From the IMG/VR virus record IMGVR_UViG_2595698357_000001, positions 93,835-157,834 of that record: a DNA stretch of 64,000 nt; one strand, given 5' to 3'. The stretch is from a virus (lineage: Duplodnaviria; Caudoviricetes). Position numbers and translations under genes: made by a program. Shown here one piece after another: positions 37,112 to 47,268 of the stretch (the first letter of the stretch is position 1; the number at the start of each line of letters is the position of its first letter). The notes beneath the pieces are model-generated. The model made no database searches and was not told the DNA's origin. It saw only the letters and a program-made list of their open reading frames with translations.

Positions 37112-37127
37112 GTTAGGAAATATTCAG

Positions 37128-37559
37128 ATGGACAAAGAACGCAGCGCAGCGGCAGAGATAGAAGTGAGGCGGTATCTCAAAGACCACCATATCCTTTGTG
37201 ATTATGACTGGGACGTGCGAGATGTTCGTATGTCATGGGGAGGGTTGTGGAAGAAGAAACTCGTATTTTACCGGGGCATGTTATGTATGACATCACCCAA
37301 TGAGTGGTTCAACGGTGTGATGAGAGACCTGGGGTTCCCGAAGGTAACATGGGTTAACAAGGGGCGAATCAAGGGTGACACACCAAACGTCGTTATCTTG
37401 CAATTCCAGGAGGGCGTCGTTGTTCCCATGGCTGTTGACAATGAGGTCAACATGGGGAAATTCCTGGAGCAGTATGAAAAGAATTATGTCAGCTGGCGCA
37501 CATACAAGATTATTGAGACAGCCAAATCAGAATTGAAACGTTTGAGAGGTGCATCATGA
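37128..37559 (+). CDS. Hypothetical protein
   Basis: AGGA SD. Confidence 0.7.
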   Translation: MDKERSAAAEIEVRRYLKDHHILCDYDWDVRDVRMSWGGLWKKKLVFYRGMLCMTSPNEWFNGVMRDLGFPKVTWVNKGRIKGDTPNVVILQFQEGVVVPMAVDNEVNMGKFLEQYEKNYVSWRTYKIIETAKSELKRLRGAS

Positions 37560-38071
37560 CTTCTAAGAACCTGTCATTCAGAGATTACATCCCACAGATG
37601 AAAATTTGGGCGGAACGGTACGGATTCTCCATAACCAAACCGTGTGGTAACATACACACCCATGATAGAATCCCCGAAGACGCCAAAGAGCTCTGGCTGG
37701 AATTGATGGAAGCCATTGGATACCCAGAGCATGTGTATTACAAAGAGGCTACTGGCACCAACACCTGGCTGGACATCAAATTAGTGCCATTCCACGACCC
37801 CAACGGCAAACCTATACCTGAAGGTGAGTCGGCCTTGTTTTCCAGTTGGGCGGGAAGAGAGTATATCAAACAAGCAATCGATTTCTACAATGAAAACGCT
37901 CACAGCCTTCAACTGAGGAACATTGTCCATGCAGCAAGAAAATTCCTATCTGGTGATCTCAGCCCAGACGAAAGAAGAAGTTATCTCGAACTTCATGATG
38001 CTCCTGGAAAGCGGTGCTCTGAATCTGAAGTGTCAGAACCACTCAACCCACATGAAGCATTCAGATTTTAA
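37556..38071 (+). CDS. Hypothetical protein
   Basis: GAGGT SD, ATGA coupling. Confidence 0.7.
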   Translation: MTSKNLSFRDYIPQMKIWAERYGFSITKPCGNIHTHDRIPEDAKELWLELMEAIGYPEHVYYKEATGTNTWLDIKLVPFHDPNGKPIPEGESALFSSWAGREYIKQAIDFYNENAHSLQLRNIVHAARKFLSGDLSPDERRSYLELHDAPGKRCSESEVSEPLNPHEAFRF

Positions 38072-38155
38072 GAGCATCCATCAGGAAAGCGGTGGGGCTA
38101 TCTATCGTGGCCAGCACCCATATGGCCCAAGTTCCATATTGAAGGACAGCAAGTT

Positions 38156-38320
38156 ATGATCGGTGTAGAACAAGTGGTGCTCATGGTCATGATGATCGTG
38201 GTTCTGCCATACGCGATGTGCCGGGCGCATGGAGTACCGTTCACCAAGATACTCCCGCTGGTTATCGGCATGGCGCTGATGGCGGCGGTGGTCATATTTA
38301 CAGTTAAGGCGGGGCTATGA
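38156..38320 (+). CDS. 54-aa two-TM membrane peptide (not in ORF track)
   Basis: AAGGA SD; MIGVEQVVLMVMMIVVLPYAMC...; ATGA coupling downstream. Confidence 0.6.
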   Translation: MIGVEQVVLMVMMIVVLPYAMCRAHGVPFTKILPLVIGMALMAAVVIFTVKAGL

Positions 38321-38604
38321 ACGCATTTCTTGCAGTGTTGACAATACTTGTGCTGTCCGTTTGTTATTATTCCCTTTTCTCATTGGTAGTCGGGATCAGC
38401 CTTCGTTCGGATGCAAGAAGGGAACGTGAACTGAAGAAAGGGGCAGAACAGATCAAGTTGGAGGAAATGATGGAGAACACCGAGGCGATTGTTGCTGCCA
38501 ACCGTCACTTCCTGGAGACTGGTGAAGATCTGACAGAAGACCACAATACCGGGGAACATGTCGGAACCCTTGAACACTTCGAAAGAATTCTGGGCAGGAG
38601 ATAA
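38317..38604 (+). CDS. Membrane-anchored hypothetical protein
   Basis: N-terminal TM helix. Confidence 0.7.
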   Translation: MNAFLAVLTILVLSVCYYSLFSLVVGISLRSDARRERELKKGAEQIKLEEMMENTEAIVAANRHFLETGEDLTEDHNTGEHVGTLEHFERILGRR

Positions 38605-38607
38605 CTC

Positions 38608-38925
38608 ATGAACAAGATTTATCTGTGGCTCATCAAACAGAGTGAGACAGAAACAGAAGGGCTAACATTTCTGTTTGCTGTGTATCTGATCTTCGGTGGG
38701 TTCTTTGTGTCACTGGCCGGTTCCCCGGTTCTAAATGCAGATGGAGCCACTGTCGTGGTGCTTGAGGTCATCTGGGCGGCAGGGCTTTTTGTTATGTCGC
38801 TGTTCGCCATCCCGCAGATCTTAGCGAAGGTGTTCCGCGCCCCAGCCGAGCGTCGTGCAAAGCGCCTGGAAGCTGTTGAGCGCATCATCAAAGAAAACCG
38901 TGAATATCTGAACCGGAGGAAATAA
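38608..38925 (+). CDS. Membrane protein (2 TM)
   Basis: AGGAG SD, hydrophobic segments. Confidence 0.75.
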   Translation: MNKIYLWLIKQSETETEGLTFLFAVYLIFGGFFVSLAGSPVLNADGATVVVLEVIWAAGLFVMSLFAIPQILAKVFRAPAERRAKRLEAVERIIKENREYLNRRK

Positions 38926-40622
38926 TGGAATGTGCATGCGGCGCACACGCCAAACGAGAATACCAACGCTACACCACCATAGAAGACGCTGAGAAGGCCT
39001 CAGGCAAATCCGTTGGTAAAGTGCCATGCGTTGTTATCACTGATGACTGCCCGTCCTGTAGGCGGCATTCTACGTCCATCTCTTACCCTCCTGAAGCGAA
39101 AGCGCCGGGGCTGTTGTCATTGCTCAATGCCAGCCGCCAGGTTAAAATAGAAACCCATGTCAAACCACTGAAGGCAAAAACGATGATCGAAACCATCCAT
39201 TCCACGATTATGACACTGCGTGGGATAAGCGGCGCCAACGCCAAGAAAGAATCACTCACTGCAGCCCTGGCGCTTCACCCGTGCCTGTCCAACTTCCTGC
39301 GCCTGGTCTACAACCCTCAGATGTCATTCTACCAGACTGAGTTGCAGCTGAACTCTGTCCCGCGTATGCTGCTGGGTAAGATCGAACCAACCGACACCCT
39401 GGCTGATGTCTACGTCGTCTTGTCCAAGATGAACGAGAAGCTGCTGCTGGGTAAAGCGGGCGCGCAGGCGCTGGCACGTGAAGCCCACCGCCTGAGCCGT
39501 GAAGGCCAGGAGCTAGTACAGATCATCCTTAACCGTGACATCAAGGCCGGGCTTGCCGAGAAGTCGATCAACGAGTGCTACAAGAAGGCATACGGCACCA
39601 ACACCAAGTTGATCCCGACCATGGCATACCAGCGCTATGACAACATGACTATTGAGAAGTTGAAAGCAGTCGACTTCGCCAATGGCGTGTTCAGCCAGAT
39701 CAAGTCTGACGGTATGTTCGGGAATATCGTGAACCATGAGAACAATACCTACTTGTTGTCACGCGCCGGTTCACCCCTGGAAGGTGAGAGCGTCTTGCCA
39801 CTCCTAGACTATGTCGATGAGCTCTTTGACGACTGCTGCATGGAAGAAAACGTCGTCCATGGTGAGATCCTGGTGTGGGACACTGTGGACAAGGTCATTC
39901 TGCCACGAGCCGTCGGCAATGGTATGCTCAACAGCGTTATCCAGACCGGCTCAACTCTGGACAAACGCTATGTGCTGCGCTTCCGTGCCTGGGACATCAT
40001 CCCGTACGAGAATTGGATTGAGGGTAAGGAACTCACCCAGCCATATGAGCACCGATTCAACATCATCGATCAGATGTTCGGCGACGATGAGACCGATATC
40101 ATCACTGTACAGGAATGCCGGGTTGTTCGTTCATATCGTGAGGCCGTCGCCCACTTCAAAGACGCCCTGGCGCGCAAGGAAGAAGGCACTATCATCAAGC
40201 CGTTCAGCATGGGCTGGATTGACGGCGACAGCAGCGAAGGCATGAAGTTGAAGATGGATATGGAGTGTGAGCTCATCATCGTCGGCTTCAACGACGGCGA
40301 CGCCAAGGGTAAGCATAAGCACACCTTTGGTAGCCTGCAGTGCGAATCTTCTGACGGCCTGTTGTCGGTGGGTGTTTCTGGCATGAGCGACGCCCTGCGT
40401 AAATGGATCCATGAACATCGTGACGAATGTGTTGGTTGTGCCATCACCGTGCGCTCCAACGGCGTACAGGACAAGGAAGACAGCGACCTGAAATCCCTGT
40501 TCCTGCCACGCCTGGTGTCTGAAGTGCGCCTAGACAAGAAGACTGCTGACAGCCTGCCTAAGATCTATGAGATCCAGGAATCTGTAATTGAAAATATTCA
40601 AAAGCAGCTGATGGCCGCATAA
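38925..40622 (+). CDS. 30: ATP-dependent DNA ligase (gp30-like) with Cys-rich N-terminal extension; ligase core may start at 39183
   Basis: KSDG, HGEI, AWD, EGTIIK, K.K and LFLPR...R.DK motifs. Confidence 0.92.
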   Translation: MECACGAHAKREYQRYTTIEDAEKASGKSVGKVPCVVITDDCPSCRRHSTSISYPPEAKAPGLLSLLNASRQVKIETHVKPLKAKTMIETIHSTIMTLRGISGANAKKESLTAALALHPCLSNFLRLVYNPQMSFYQTELQLNSVPRMLLGKIEPTDTLADVYVVLSKMNEKLLLGKAGAQALAREAHRLSREGQELVQIILNRDIKAGLAEKSINECYKKAYGTNTKLIPTMAYQRYDNMTIEKLKAVDFANGVFSQIKSDGMFGNIVNHENNTYLLSRAGSPLEGESVLPLLDYVDELFDDCCMEENVVHGEILVWDTVDKVILPRAVGNGMLNSVIQTGSTLDKRYVLRFRAWDIIPYENWIEGKELTQPYEHRFNIIDQMFGDDETDIITVQECRVVRSYREAVAHFKDALARKEEGTIIKPFSMGWIDGDSSEGMKLKMDMECELIIVGFNDGDAKGKHKHTFGSLQCESSDGLLSVGVSGMSDALRKWIHEHRDECVGCAITVRSNGVQDKEDSDLKSLFLPRLVSEVRLDKKTADSLPKIYEIQESVIENIQKQLMAA

Positions 40623-40665
40623 TATCCTAAACGCCGGGGCAACCCGGCCTTTAGATGGAGGAAGT

Positions 40666-40893
40666 ATGTCAGATTTTAATCTATTCAAGATCACTGGTGC
40701 CAGTAAAGAATTCCTGTTGAAAATGAGAATGGAAGGGCGTTTAGTCTATCTTCCGGAAGCCCCTGAAACGCGGTATTGCCACACGTATAGAAAACAAAGG
40801 AAGGTCGGCACCAATATCATTTCGGCTATGAATATGGGGAAATTGTATTGCAATTATGGCACCCATCGGCCTTGCGACGGCGGTAAGATATGA
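40666..40893 (+). CDS. Hypothetical protein
   Basis: GGAGG SD. Confidence 0.65.
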   Translation: MSDFNLFKITGASKEFLLKMRMEGRLVYLPEAPETRYCHTYRKQRKVGTNIISAMNMGKLYCNYGTHRPCDGGKI

Positions 40894-41090
40894 CCAACAA
40901 AGAGAAGATCAAGCAGTACCTGGGACAGCACCGAGTGTGCAGCTATATTGAGATCACTGACGCCACGGGTATCCAGGCATCTATGGTTTCCAGCCTGTTG
41001 AGGATCATGGTTCGTGACGGTGAGATCACCAAGGAGAATCACAAATCCCCAGCCGGGAAGCAAATTCGAAACTCATACACAGTGCGGTGA
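40890..41090 (+). CDS. Small winged-HTH protein
   Basis: SYIEITDATGIQASMVSSLLRIMVRDGEI pattern. Confidence 0.7.
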   Translation: MTNKEKIKQYLGQHRVCSYIEITDATGIQASMVSSLLRIMVRDGEITKENHKSPAGKQIRNSYTVR

Positions 41091-41094
41091 TATC

Positions 41095-41778
41095 ATGGCG
41101 GTAACAGACAACAGCATCTCTGACTGGCAGCGGATGGAATACGAGCGAGCGTTCCATGTCTATTGTGTGTACATGGCGGTCAAACTCCATTTCACAACAC
41201 CCAGCTTCAACTATGCCGAATATGGCCCAATGACGAACTACAAGTTCGAAACCTTCTATGCGAAGGAAGGCCAGCGCAAACAATTTGCCCGCCTGGCGCG
41301 CCGGTTTGACCATGATGAAGAAATCGTGTTGGAGAATTACCTTATCTCCAACTTCGTGGCCAACCCCAAGACCTGGGTGACTCATCTCCTGGCCAAACAG
41401 GGTGAGCACAATTACCAGCAGTGGCGTCAGCTGTATGAGAACTTCACCTACAACTTTACCCGCAACTGTGAAGAGAATCTGTTCCCGCTCATTCGGGCGC
41501 ATGGGGTGACGTTCATGGAGTATCTGAAGCCAGTATCGGCAGATGTCCATACCAAACTCCTGGAGGACATCATCACCAAGAAGCTCCCGGTCTGGTTCCT
41601 GATTGCCATCCATAAGGTGACAGGCTTCATGGACGCCTATGATGAGACCTACAAGGATGACATCTACTGGGAGGCTGAGGCTAAGTTCTTGCGGAAGGTT
41701 GACCAGGTTGTGGTCGATGAAGATCGCACGGGGACAAGGAAAAAACTCCGGGAGCTGATCCTGCTCCACGGAGTCTGA
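41095..41778 (+). CDS. 59: Helicase loader (gp59-like)
   Basis: VY..YMAVKLHFT...Y..YG and F..LA.RF motifs. Confidence 0.85.
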   Translation: MAVTDNSISDWQRMEYERAFHVYCVYMAVKLHFTTPSFNYAEYGPMTNYKFETFYAKEGQRKQFARLARRFDHDEEIVLENYLISNFVANPKTWVTHLLAKQGEHNYQQWRQLYENFTYNFTRNCEENLFPLIRAHGVTFMEYLKPVSADVHTKLLEDIITKKLPVWFLIAIHKVTGFMDAYDETYKDDIYWEAEAKFLRKVDQVVVDEDRTGTRKKLRELILLHGV

Positions 41779-41780
41779 TA

Positions 41781-43670
41781 TTACTGGTGCCATCCCCAGA
41801 GCATGTCGCTCATGTCTGACCTGTTCTGGGGTTCCAGGGACTGGCTGTTGTACACGTTGTTAGTCGTGACCGTCTTCTTGTTATCCACATTCTGCTGGAT
41901 GTTGTTCAACACATTCCCCGTGTTTTCATTATCCCTCAGCTGGCGCGTGTTGGTTGCTGCCATGCTACGGTTAGGAGTCGCCTGCGACAAGTCCGTAGAA
42001 GGAGCAGGAGCCATCACTTGACCCTGTGGTGATACGGTAACCGCCCCAGTTGGCAGATCTTGCCCTACAGGCGCCATCGTAGGGCTAATAGGGGCTATGG
42101 CTTGGCCAGAGGCAGTCTGTTGCGGGTTCGGGTTGTCCAGAGTACCCCCATCACCCAGCTTCATGCTCCTGCGGGCTTCTTCCATCTTCTGGCGCGCGGT
42201 GTCACCACCGATTGCATCAGGAATGATAGACACGAACTTGTCAACGATGTCGAAGATAGAATCCAGGATAGTGTTGACCAGGTTGTAGAACGGCTTTTTC
42301 ACCTTGTCGTCGAACCCTTTCTTCAGGCTGTCAACAAATTCGCCCATGCTGTCAGTCGCGGACTTGATCAGGCCACCGATGCCATCACCGATCCAGTCAA
42401 CCAGCTTGGTCAATTCCTTCTGCAGGTTGTCCACGATCTTCCCAGGGATATCAACCAGGGATGTGTTCCAGTCGATACCGGCGAACAAATCGTTCTTGAA
42501 CCAGTCAACAACAGCCTGCGCCCACTCCGCCGGTTTCTTAGACAGAGCCAGAAACTCCTCACGGAAGGTCTTGCCGAAGTTGGTGTCAAATCCGAAGATC
42601 TTAGTCACCCAGTCAACCAGGTCACCAACACCACCAACCAGCTCTGAGGAACCAGCTCGCAACCGGTCAACCACAGTGACCTTGTCCTTACCGAGAATCT
42701 CCTTGGCATCAATGAAGCCCTTACCGAAGTCCCAGGCCGCAGTTACCAGCGCCAGTGGGCCAACACGGAAGATCTTGCTGACACTCTTGAGCATCTTGGT
42801 GATTCCACCCATACCAGTGAACAACCCGGTCAGGCCGCGTACCAGAGCCAGTGGAGCACCCAACACCTTCTTGAAAAGGCTCAGTGCCATCATTGCCCCG
42901 GCTCCAGCCAGGAACCCGCCCGCGCCGCCGATGTCAGGCATGCCATCCCCGTTTTGGTCATTCGGAGTGATAGGCAATTTGCTGCCGGCCTGCGGGTGTG
43001 GCTTACCGAGACCTTTGTTGGCCTCCTGAGCCGCCAGGTAGTTCTTCTCGTTCCATTTTGAGTTATCATCACGGATTCGAACCAACTGGTTGACCACTTG
43101 ACCCATGGCATTGGAAATAGTCCTGTCAATACCCAACAGCACCAATGTTTGTTGACGACTATCACGGTTAGCCGCGACCAGGCTGTTCTTCTGTGAGTCT
43201 TCGATACTTCCAGCGACGCCACCCAGCCCAACACGTATCAACTCCAGCTTACCCACGGTCGCCCCAAAGCCATCATGGGTTTCCCCACCGATGATCTTCA
43301 GGTGATCTGAGATGAGGTCAAGGTACTCGACAGAAGTGTCGTCCTTGCCATCATCAACCGGGCGCAGGAGATTCTTGTTGATGTTGCTCAGCTCTGTGTT
43401 GCTGTACTCAGCAGCAGAGAGCGTGTTCTTCATCCATGCAGAAAAGTCCCTGGTGAAGATGGGACTGATCTGGGATAGGGATTTGACGATTTCTTGAACC
43501 GTCGGGATCTTGGCCGTCTGAGAGTTACCTTTCTGAGACTCCAGCTGAGCACTGAGGCGCTCCAGTTCCTTGTTGGTCTGGTTCTGGGCACGCAACTGCT
43601 TCCGCTTCATCATCTCAGCCTTGATATCACTCAAGACGTCCTTGACCGCCTTTTCGTCTTTCTCAGACAT
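41781..43670 (-). CDS. Tail tape measure / baseplate hub protein (gp29-like)
   Basis: Helical protein with hydrophobic stretch and W/F periodicity, within baseplate operon. Confidence 0.7.
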   Translation of the reverse strand: MSEKDEKAVKDVLSDIKAEMMKRKQLRAQNQTNKELERLSAQLESQKGNSQTAKIPTVQEIVKSLSQISPIFTRDFSAWMKNTLSAAEYSNTELSNINKNLLRPVDDGKDDTSVEYLDLISDHLKIIGGETHDGFGATVGKLELIRVGLGGVAGSIEDSQKNSLVAANRDSRQQTLVLLGIDRTISNAMGQVVNQLVRIRDDNSKWNEKNYLAAQEANKGLGKPHPQAGSKLPITPNDQNGDGMPDIGGAGGFLAGAGAMMALSLFKKVLGAPLALVRGLTGLFTGMGGITKMLKSVSKIFRVGPLALVTAAWDFGKGFIDAKEILGKDKVTVVDRLRAGSSELVGGVGDLVDWVTKIFGFDTNFGKTFREEFLALSKKPAEWAQAVVDWFKNDLFAGIDWNTSLVDIPGKIVDNLQKELTKLVDWIGDGIGGLIKSATDSMGEFVDSLKKGFDDKVKKPFYNLVNTILDSIFDIVDKFVSIIPDAIGGDTARQKMEEARRSMKLGDGGTLDNPNPQQTASGQAIAPISPTMAPVGQDLPTGAVTVSPQGQVMAPAPSTDLSQATPNRSMAATNTRQLRDNENTGNVLNNIQQNVDNKKTVTTNNVYNSQSLEPQNRSDMSDMLWGWHQ

Positions 43671-43680
43671 TTATGTGCCC

Positions 43681-45075
43681 TCATGTTTTCTGAGACTGGC
43701 CTTTATCGATCACAGTCGGACTTGGTTGAGATGGGACTGTCTGGCCGACCTGAGGTGGGAGCACCTGCTCAACCATGCTGTCCTTACAGACCTCTGCTAT
43801 GCACTGGTAACGCTGGTTCAGCTTAGAGATCTGGTGCCTGACCTTGGTGATGATATAGTGGCCTGTAGTCAGCTTACTTAGCTCAGCGATGTTGTCGTTC
43901 TGCTTTGGCCGGTTGCTGAGGTCTTCAATGTAGTATACCTGGCCGACGTTCAGCCGGTTGTCACCAACCAACAGCAGACGCATGACAGTCGAAGACAACC
44001 CGAACCCAATGACGCGCCGGGCGTAATCTACCTGCTCACTGTTGTCCTTCTGCACCTCGATGAACCGGGTGTTGGTACGGTCATATTGGTCACTGTACAG
44101 AGGGAACTGATCCATGTGAGGGGTCTCGGCGAACCAGTCACCATAGACGCGCTGGGTGGGCACCAGCTCCTTCGTCTCATAGTTGTAGATCAGCTCGTTG
44201 ACAGCCAGGACATCATAATAGTTCGCGGAGTACTGGTCACGCGCCAGCTTTTTCTCGGCCTTGATGATGTTTCGCATGAAGCGCTCAGAGTTGAACATAC
44301 CATCCTGCAGCAGAGGGGCGTCATGAGGATCTCTGAAGAATTTTTTGTCCTTGGTGTTTTCAACCTTTTGAGCATCTGTCAGCTCTTCCCGGCCTTGGTT
44401 GAACAAGACACCGATGGACTTGAAGTGATACCCTTCAAAGTCTTCATAGAACACGAACGGCATGAAGTCCTCATCGAATGCACGCTTGGCCATGTATGCG
44501 ATAGACTTCAATACAGGCCACAGAGGCACAGCAAATCGCTCCTGGATGCCATAGCTCACGTCAATGTCAACGAACTGGCGAGTGGACTCCAGGTTAGGCC
44601 AGAGAGCAGCCGCCATCTCAGCATAACTGCCGTTCAGGCCAATGCTCTTGCGGATCATGCTGTCGCGGTAGGCGTCAGATGTCACCAGGTGCAGCCAGAA
44701 TGCCTTCTTAGAAGAACTGTTGGTCTCATCAGCAACAAGACCGACCCGCGCCACTCGGAAACTCAGCACAGTGTAGTCAGCAGCGGCCGGGGTACGGAAT
44801 GAGATGACAACTTCTTCACCACCCAGGATCGGCATCGTGTCAAGGATGTCCCAGCCCTCGTTGATGAGTATGTTGGCCGTCATCGATGGAGACCCACCCT
44901 TGAAGTCCGCCCCAAGATCCTGGAAGATGTTTATCTCCTGGAACAAGGCCGATATATCATAGGGAGTCTTGGTTGCCCCCTCGGGAGAATGAGGGAGGAT
45001 CGCAAGATACTTGAGGTCATACGTCGTGGACGGTGTGAGGACTCCGTCTTGTGCCTTGGTATCCTGATCAGCCAT
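43681..45075 (-). CDS. Baseplate hub protein (gp27-like)
   Basis: P.LGGE, FVFYED..GYHFKS, TGHYIITKVRH motifs; synteny. Confidence 0.7.
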   Translation of the reverse strand: MADQDTKAQDGVLTPSTTYDLKYLAILPHSPEGATKTPYDISALFQEINIFQDLGADFKGGSPSMTANILINEGWDILDTMPILGGEEVVISFRTPAAADYTVLSFRVARVGLVADETNSSSKKAFWLHLVTSDAYRDSMIRKSIGLNGSYAEMAAALWPNLESTRQFVDIDVSYGIQERFAVPLWPVLKSIAYMAKRAFDEDFMPFVFYEDFEGYHFKSIGVLFNQGREELTDAQKVENTKDKKFFRDPHDAPLLQDGMFNSERFMRNIIKAEKKLARDQYSANYYDVLAVNELIYNYETKELVPTQRVYGDWFAETPHMDQFPLYSDQYDRTNTRFIEVQKDNSEQVDYARRVIGFGLSSTVMRLLLVGDNRLNVGQVYYIEDLSNRPKQNDNIAELSKLTTGHYIITKVRHQISKLNQRYQCIAEVCKDSMVEQVLPPQVGQTVPSQPSPTVIDKGQSQKT

Positions 45076-45622
45076 TTTTCAATTCCTGTTCCAGTTGGTT
45101 GACAAACACAGTGACATAATCCGGGTTCAGCACCTTGATGTTCTGTTTGGCCTCGTTCAGACCCATGTAGTAATCGTGGTATGATACCGGCGTCAGGCCG
45201 TAATTAGCAATGATGTTCGACTCAGGCATATCGCCCAGGTTGAATGCATAACGCAGCGCGCGCGGATCTGTCTCAACACCGAACTCATTGACATAATGTT
45301 TGGTGTCCCACATACCGTCATAGCCATAGACCTCGACCAGCTCGTCACCAATGCGGTCTATCGGGCGCGGCCACTCCTTGGTGACATCAAAGATGTTGTT
45401 GATGACCAGGGGGATCCAGAACAACTCGAAGGAGCCATAGACGCGTTGGGCAAATTGGCGAGGGGTTTCCCCGTCGCTGATCTGATACGTCATGAGAATG
45501 CCTTCGACGTTGCGAATATTGTCGGACACCATAACACGCCGGGTGATATTGGCCAACAGCACCATATCACCGTCACCGACCAGGGTGTGCCAGATGAGCG
45601 GGAAGTTCTCAAAATAGTTCAT
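45068..45622 (-). CDS. 53: Baseplate wedge subunit (gp53-like)
   Basis: YF.NFP, Y.I.DGETP..FA..VYG...LFW....N.I.D...EWP. Confidence 0.9.
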   Translation of the reverse strand: MNYFENFPLIWHTLVGDGDMVLLANITRRVMVSDNIRNVEGILMTYQISDGETPRQFAQRVYGSFELFWIPLVINNIFDVTKEWPRPIDRIGDELVEVYGYDGMWDTKHYVNEFGVETDPRALRYAFNLGDMPESNIIANYGLTPVSYHDYYMGLNEAKQNIKVLNPDYVTVFVNQLEQELKNG

Positions 45623-45633
45623 GGCATCACCCC

Positions 45634-46599
45634 TTAGAAGCTGTCGCCTTCTTTATCGAATCGGCCTTTGTGCAGCGGCTCCAGTTCGATAAAGGTCATG
45701 TCCACCTGAGTAGACACAGGCGAGTCATCTTTGTGTACGTTGTAGGTGGAGTCCGGAGTTTCATTGACGAACATGTTGGACAGCACGCAGGTAGAAATCC
45801 GGTGCATCCACTTGTTGCGGTCACCCTGGACCATGAAGGTGATGTCAAAGGTCGACGGGTGCAGGTAGAACGCCGAGCTGTTCTTGTTGTACTTGTACTC
45901 AGGATACATGTGCATCTTGAACAACCGCAGGATCTCACGAACCATCTTGGCCTCTTCCTGGTTCCGAGGCGTGAATTTGAACGTGAATGGGATCTCACGG
46001 TTACGGACGCCCTGGAAGATCATCTCAACATAGGGGTTGGTCATCGTACCGGTGAACATCTCCAGGGTGTCATGGGCGTTGATCGACGGCATGAACGGTA
46101 TGGCCTGAGAAGCGCTCTGGATTGCCTTCGTTGCCGCGAACCGCCCCAGCTCCTTACCCGTGTTGAGGGCGTCACCCAATTTAAACTGAGTCATGTCCTG
46201 AGATGCTCGTGCCAGGAACTGCGCACCCATACCAGCCAGCCCCAGCTCGCTTGCGTTCCAGCCGACACCGTAGTTGGTTGTGATGGACTCAGGCATACAC
46301 AACACGATGGACTCGTTCGAGCGCACGTGCTTAGCCCAGGCATACTTGCTGATGGAGCCTGACTTGGACGAGTAGACCTGTGGGGAGTTGCCCAACGGGT
46401 TGCTGATTGGGTTACTGATCGTCTGAGTCGAGGTGTTCCCGTAGGAAGACCCGGAGATCCGGTTGATGTTGAACATGACATAATGGCCAAGAGTGTGGCT
46501 GCTGAGTATGTCCAGCGGGTAGGCCAACTGACGCGCTGTATTCTTGCCCTTGGCTTTCAGAATCTCATACGCTTTCTTGGTGGTGGTTTCGATTCCCAT
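45634..46599 (-). CDS. 48: Baseplate tail-tube cap (gp48-like)
   Basis: NPYVEMIFQG...R...F.FKF.PRN..E, P..F.I, L/M.F.E motifs. Confidence 0.88.
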   Translation of the reverse strand: MGIETTTKKAYEILKAKGKNTARQLAYPLDILSSHTLGHYVMFNINRISGSSYGNTSTQTISNPISNPLGNSPQVYSSKSGSISKYAWAKHVRSNESIVLCMPESITTNYGVGWNASELGLAGMGAQFLARASQDMTQFKLGDALNTGKELGRFAATKAIQSASQAIPFMPSINAHDTLEMFTGTMTNPYVEMIFQGVRNREIPFTFKFTPRNQEEAKMVREILRLFKMHMYPEYKYNKNSSAFYLHPSTFDITFMVQGDRNKWMHRISTCVLSNMFVNETPDSTYNVHKDDSPVSTQVDMTFIELEPLHKGRFDKEGDSF

Positions 46600-46608
46600 G
46601 ATCTGTGT

Positions 46609-46639
46609 CCTAAATAGAAGGAGTGCTGTTATTATTTAA
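46609..46639. promoter_or_regulatory. Divergent late promoters (CTAAATA plus strand; TTAAATA minus strand)
   Basis: Between divergent gp48 and gp4 genes. Confidence 0.55.
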
Positions 46640-46650
46640 TGGTGATTGAA

Positions 46651-47268
46651 ATGACGATGTATCTACAAGGCCGCTACAGGCCAGTAAACCCACGCAAATA
46701 CCATGGTGACGTCAACAAGATCGTCTTCCGTTCCAGCCTGGAACTGGTTGCCTTCAAGTTCTGTGACATGAACCCATCTGTGTTGTCTTGGGCATCTGAA
46801 GAGACTGTGATTCCATACCGCAGCCCGGTTGACAACAGGATGCACCGTTACTTCATGGATCTGGCCATCCAGACCAGAAACGCTGAGACCGGCCAGCCTC
46901 AGACCACGCTGGTTGAGATCAAGCCACGTGACCAGATTAAGGAGCCGCGCCGGGGCAGTAAGAAGGAATCCACGTTCAGGAACGAGATGATGACATGGCT
47001 AGTCAACCAGGCCAAGTGGAATGCCGCCCGTGAGCTCTGTAAGTCGAAGGGATGGACGTTTGTGATCTGGACTGAAGATCATCTGGTTCCAGGGCAAGAC
47101 CCAGAGGTCAGGGCAAGGTTCCAGCTGAAGTCGAAGAAGCGTCGTGAGAATGAAGCTGAAGACAGGGCAAGGAAGGCAAGGATCAAACAGATGACAGACC
47201 AGATGAAGAAAGAAGTTGAGGAGCGCCGGAAGAATGAACCAGACGCCCCTCAATCACTGTTACCCTAA
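46651..47268 (+). CDS. 4: Head completion nuclease (gp4-like, TnsA fold)
   Basis: P.NP.KY.GD, FRSSLE, W.SEE..IPY.SP.D, HRYF.D, EIKP, NQAKW. Confidence 0.92.
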   Translation: MTMYLQGRYRPVNPRKYHGDVNKIVFRSSLELVAFKFCDMNPSVLSWASEETVIPYRSPVDNRMHRYFMDLAIQTRNAETGQPQTTLVEIKPRDQIKEPRRGSKKESTFRNEMMTWLVNQAKWNAARELCKSKGWTFVIWTEDHLVPGQDPEVRARFQLKSKKRRENEAEDRARKARIKQMTDQMKKEVEERRKNEPDAPQSLLP

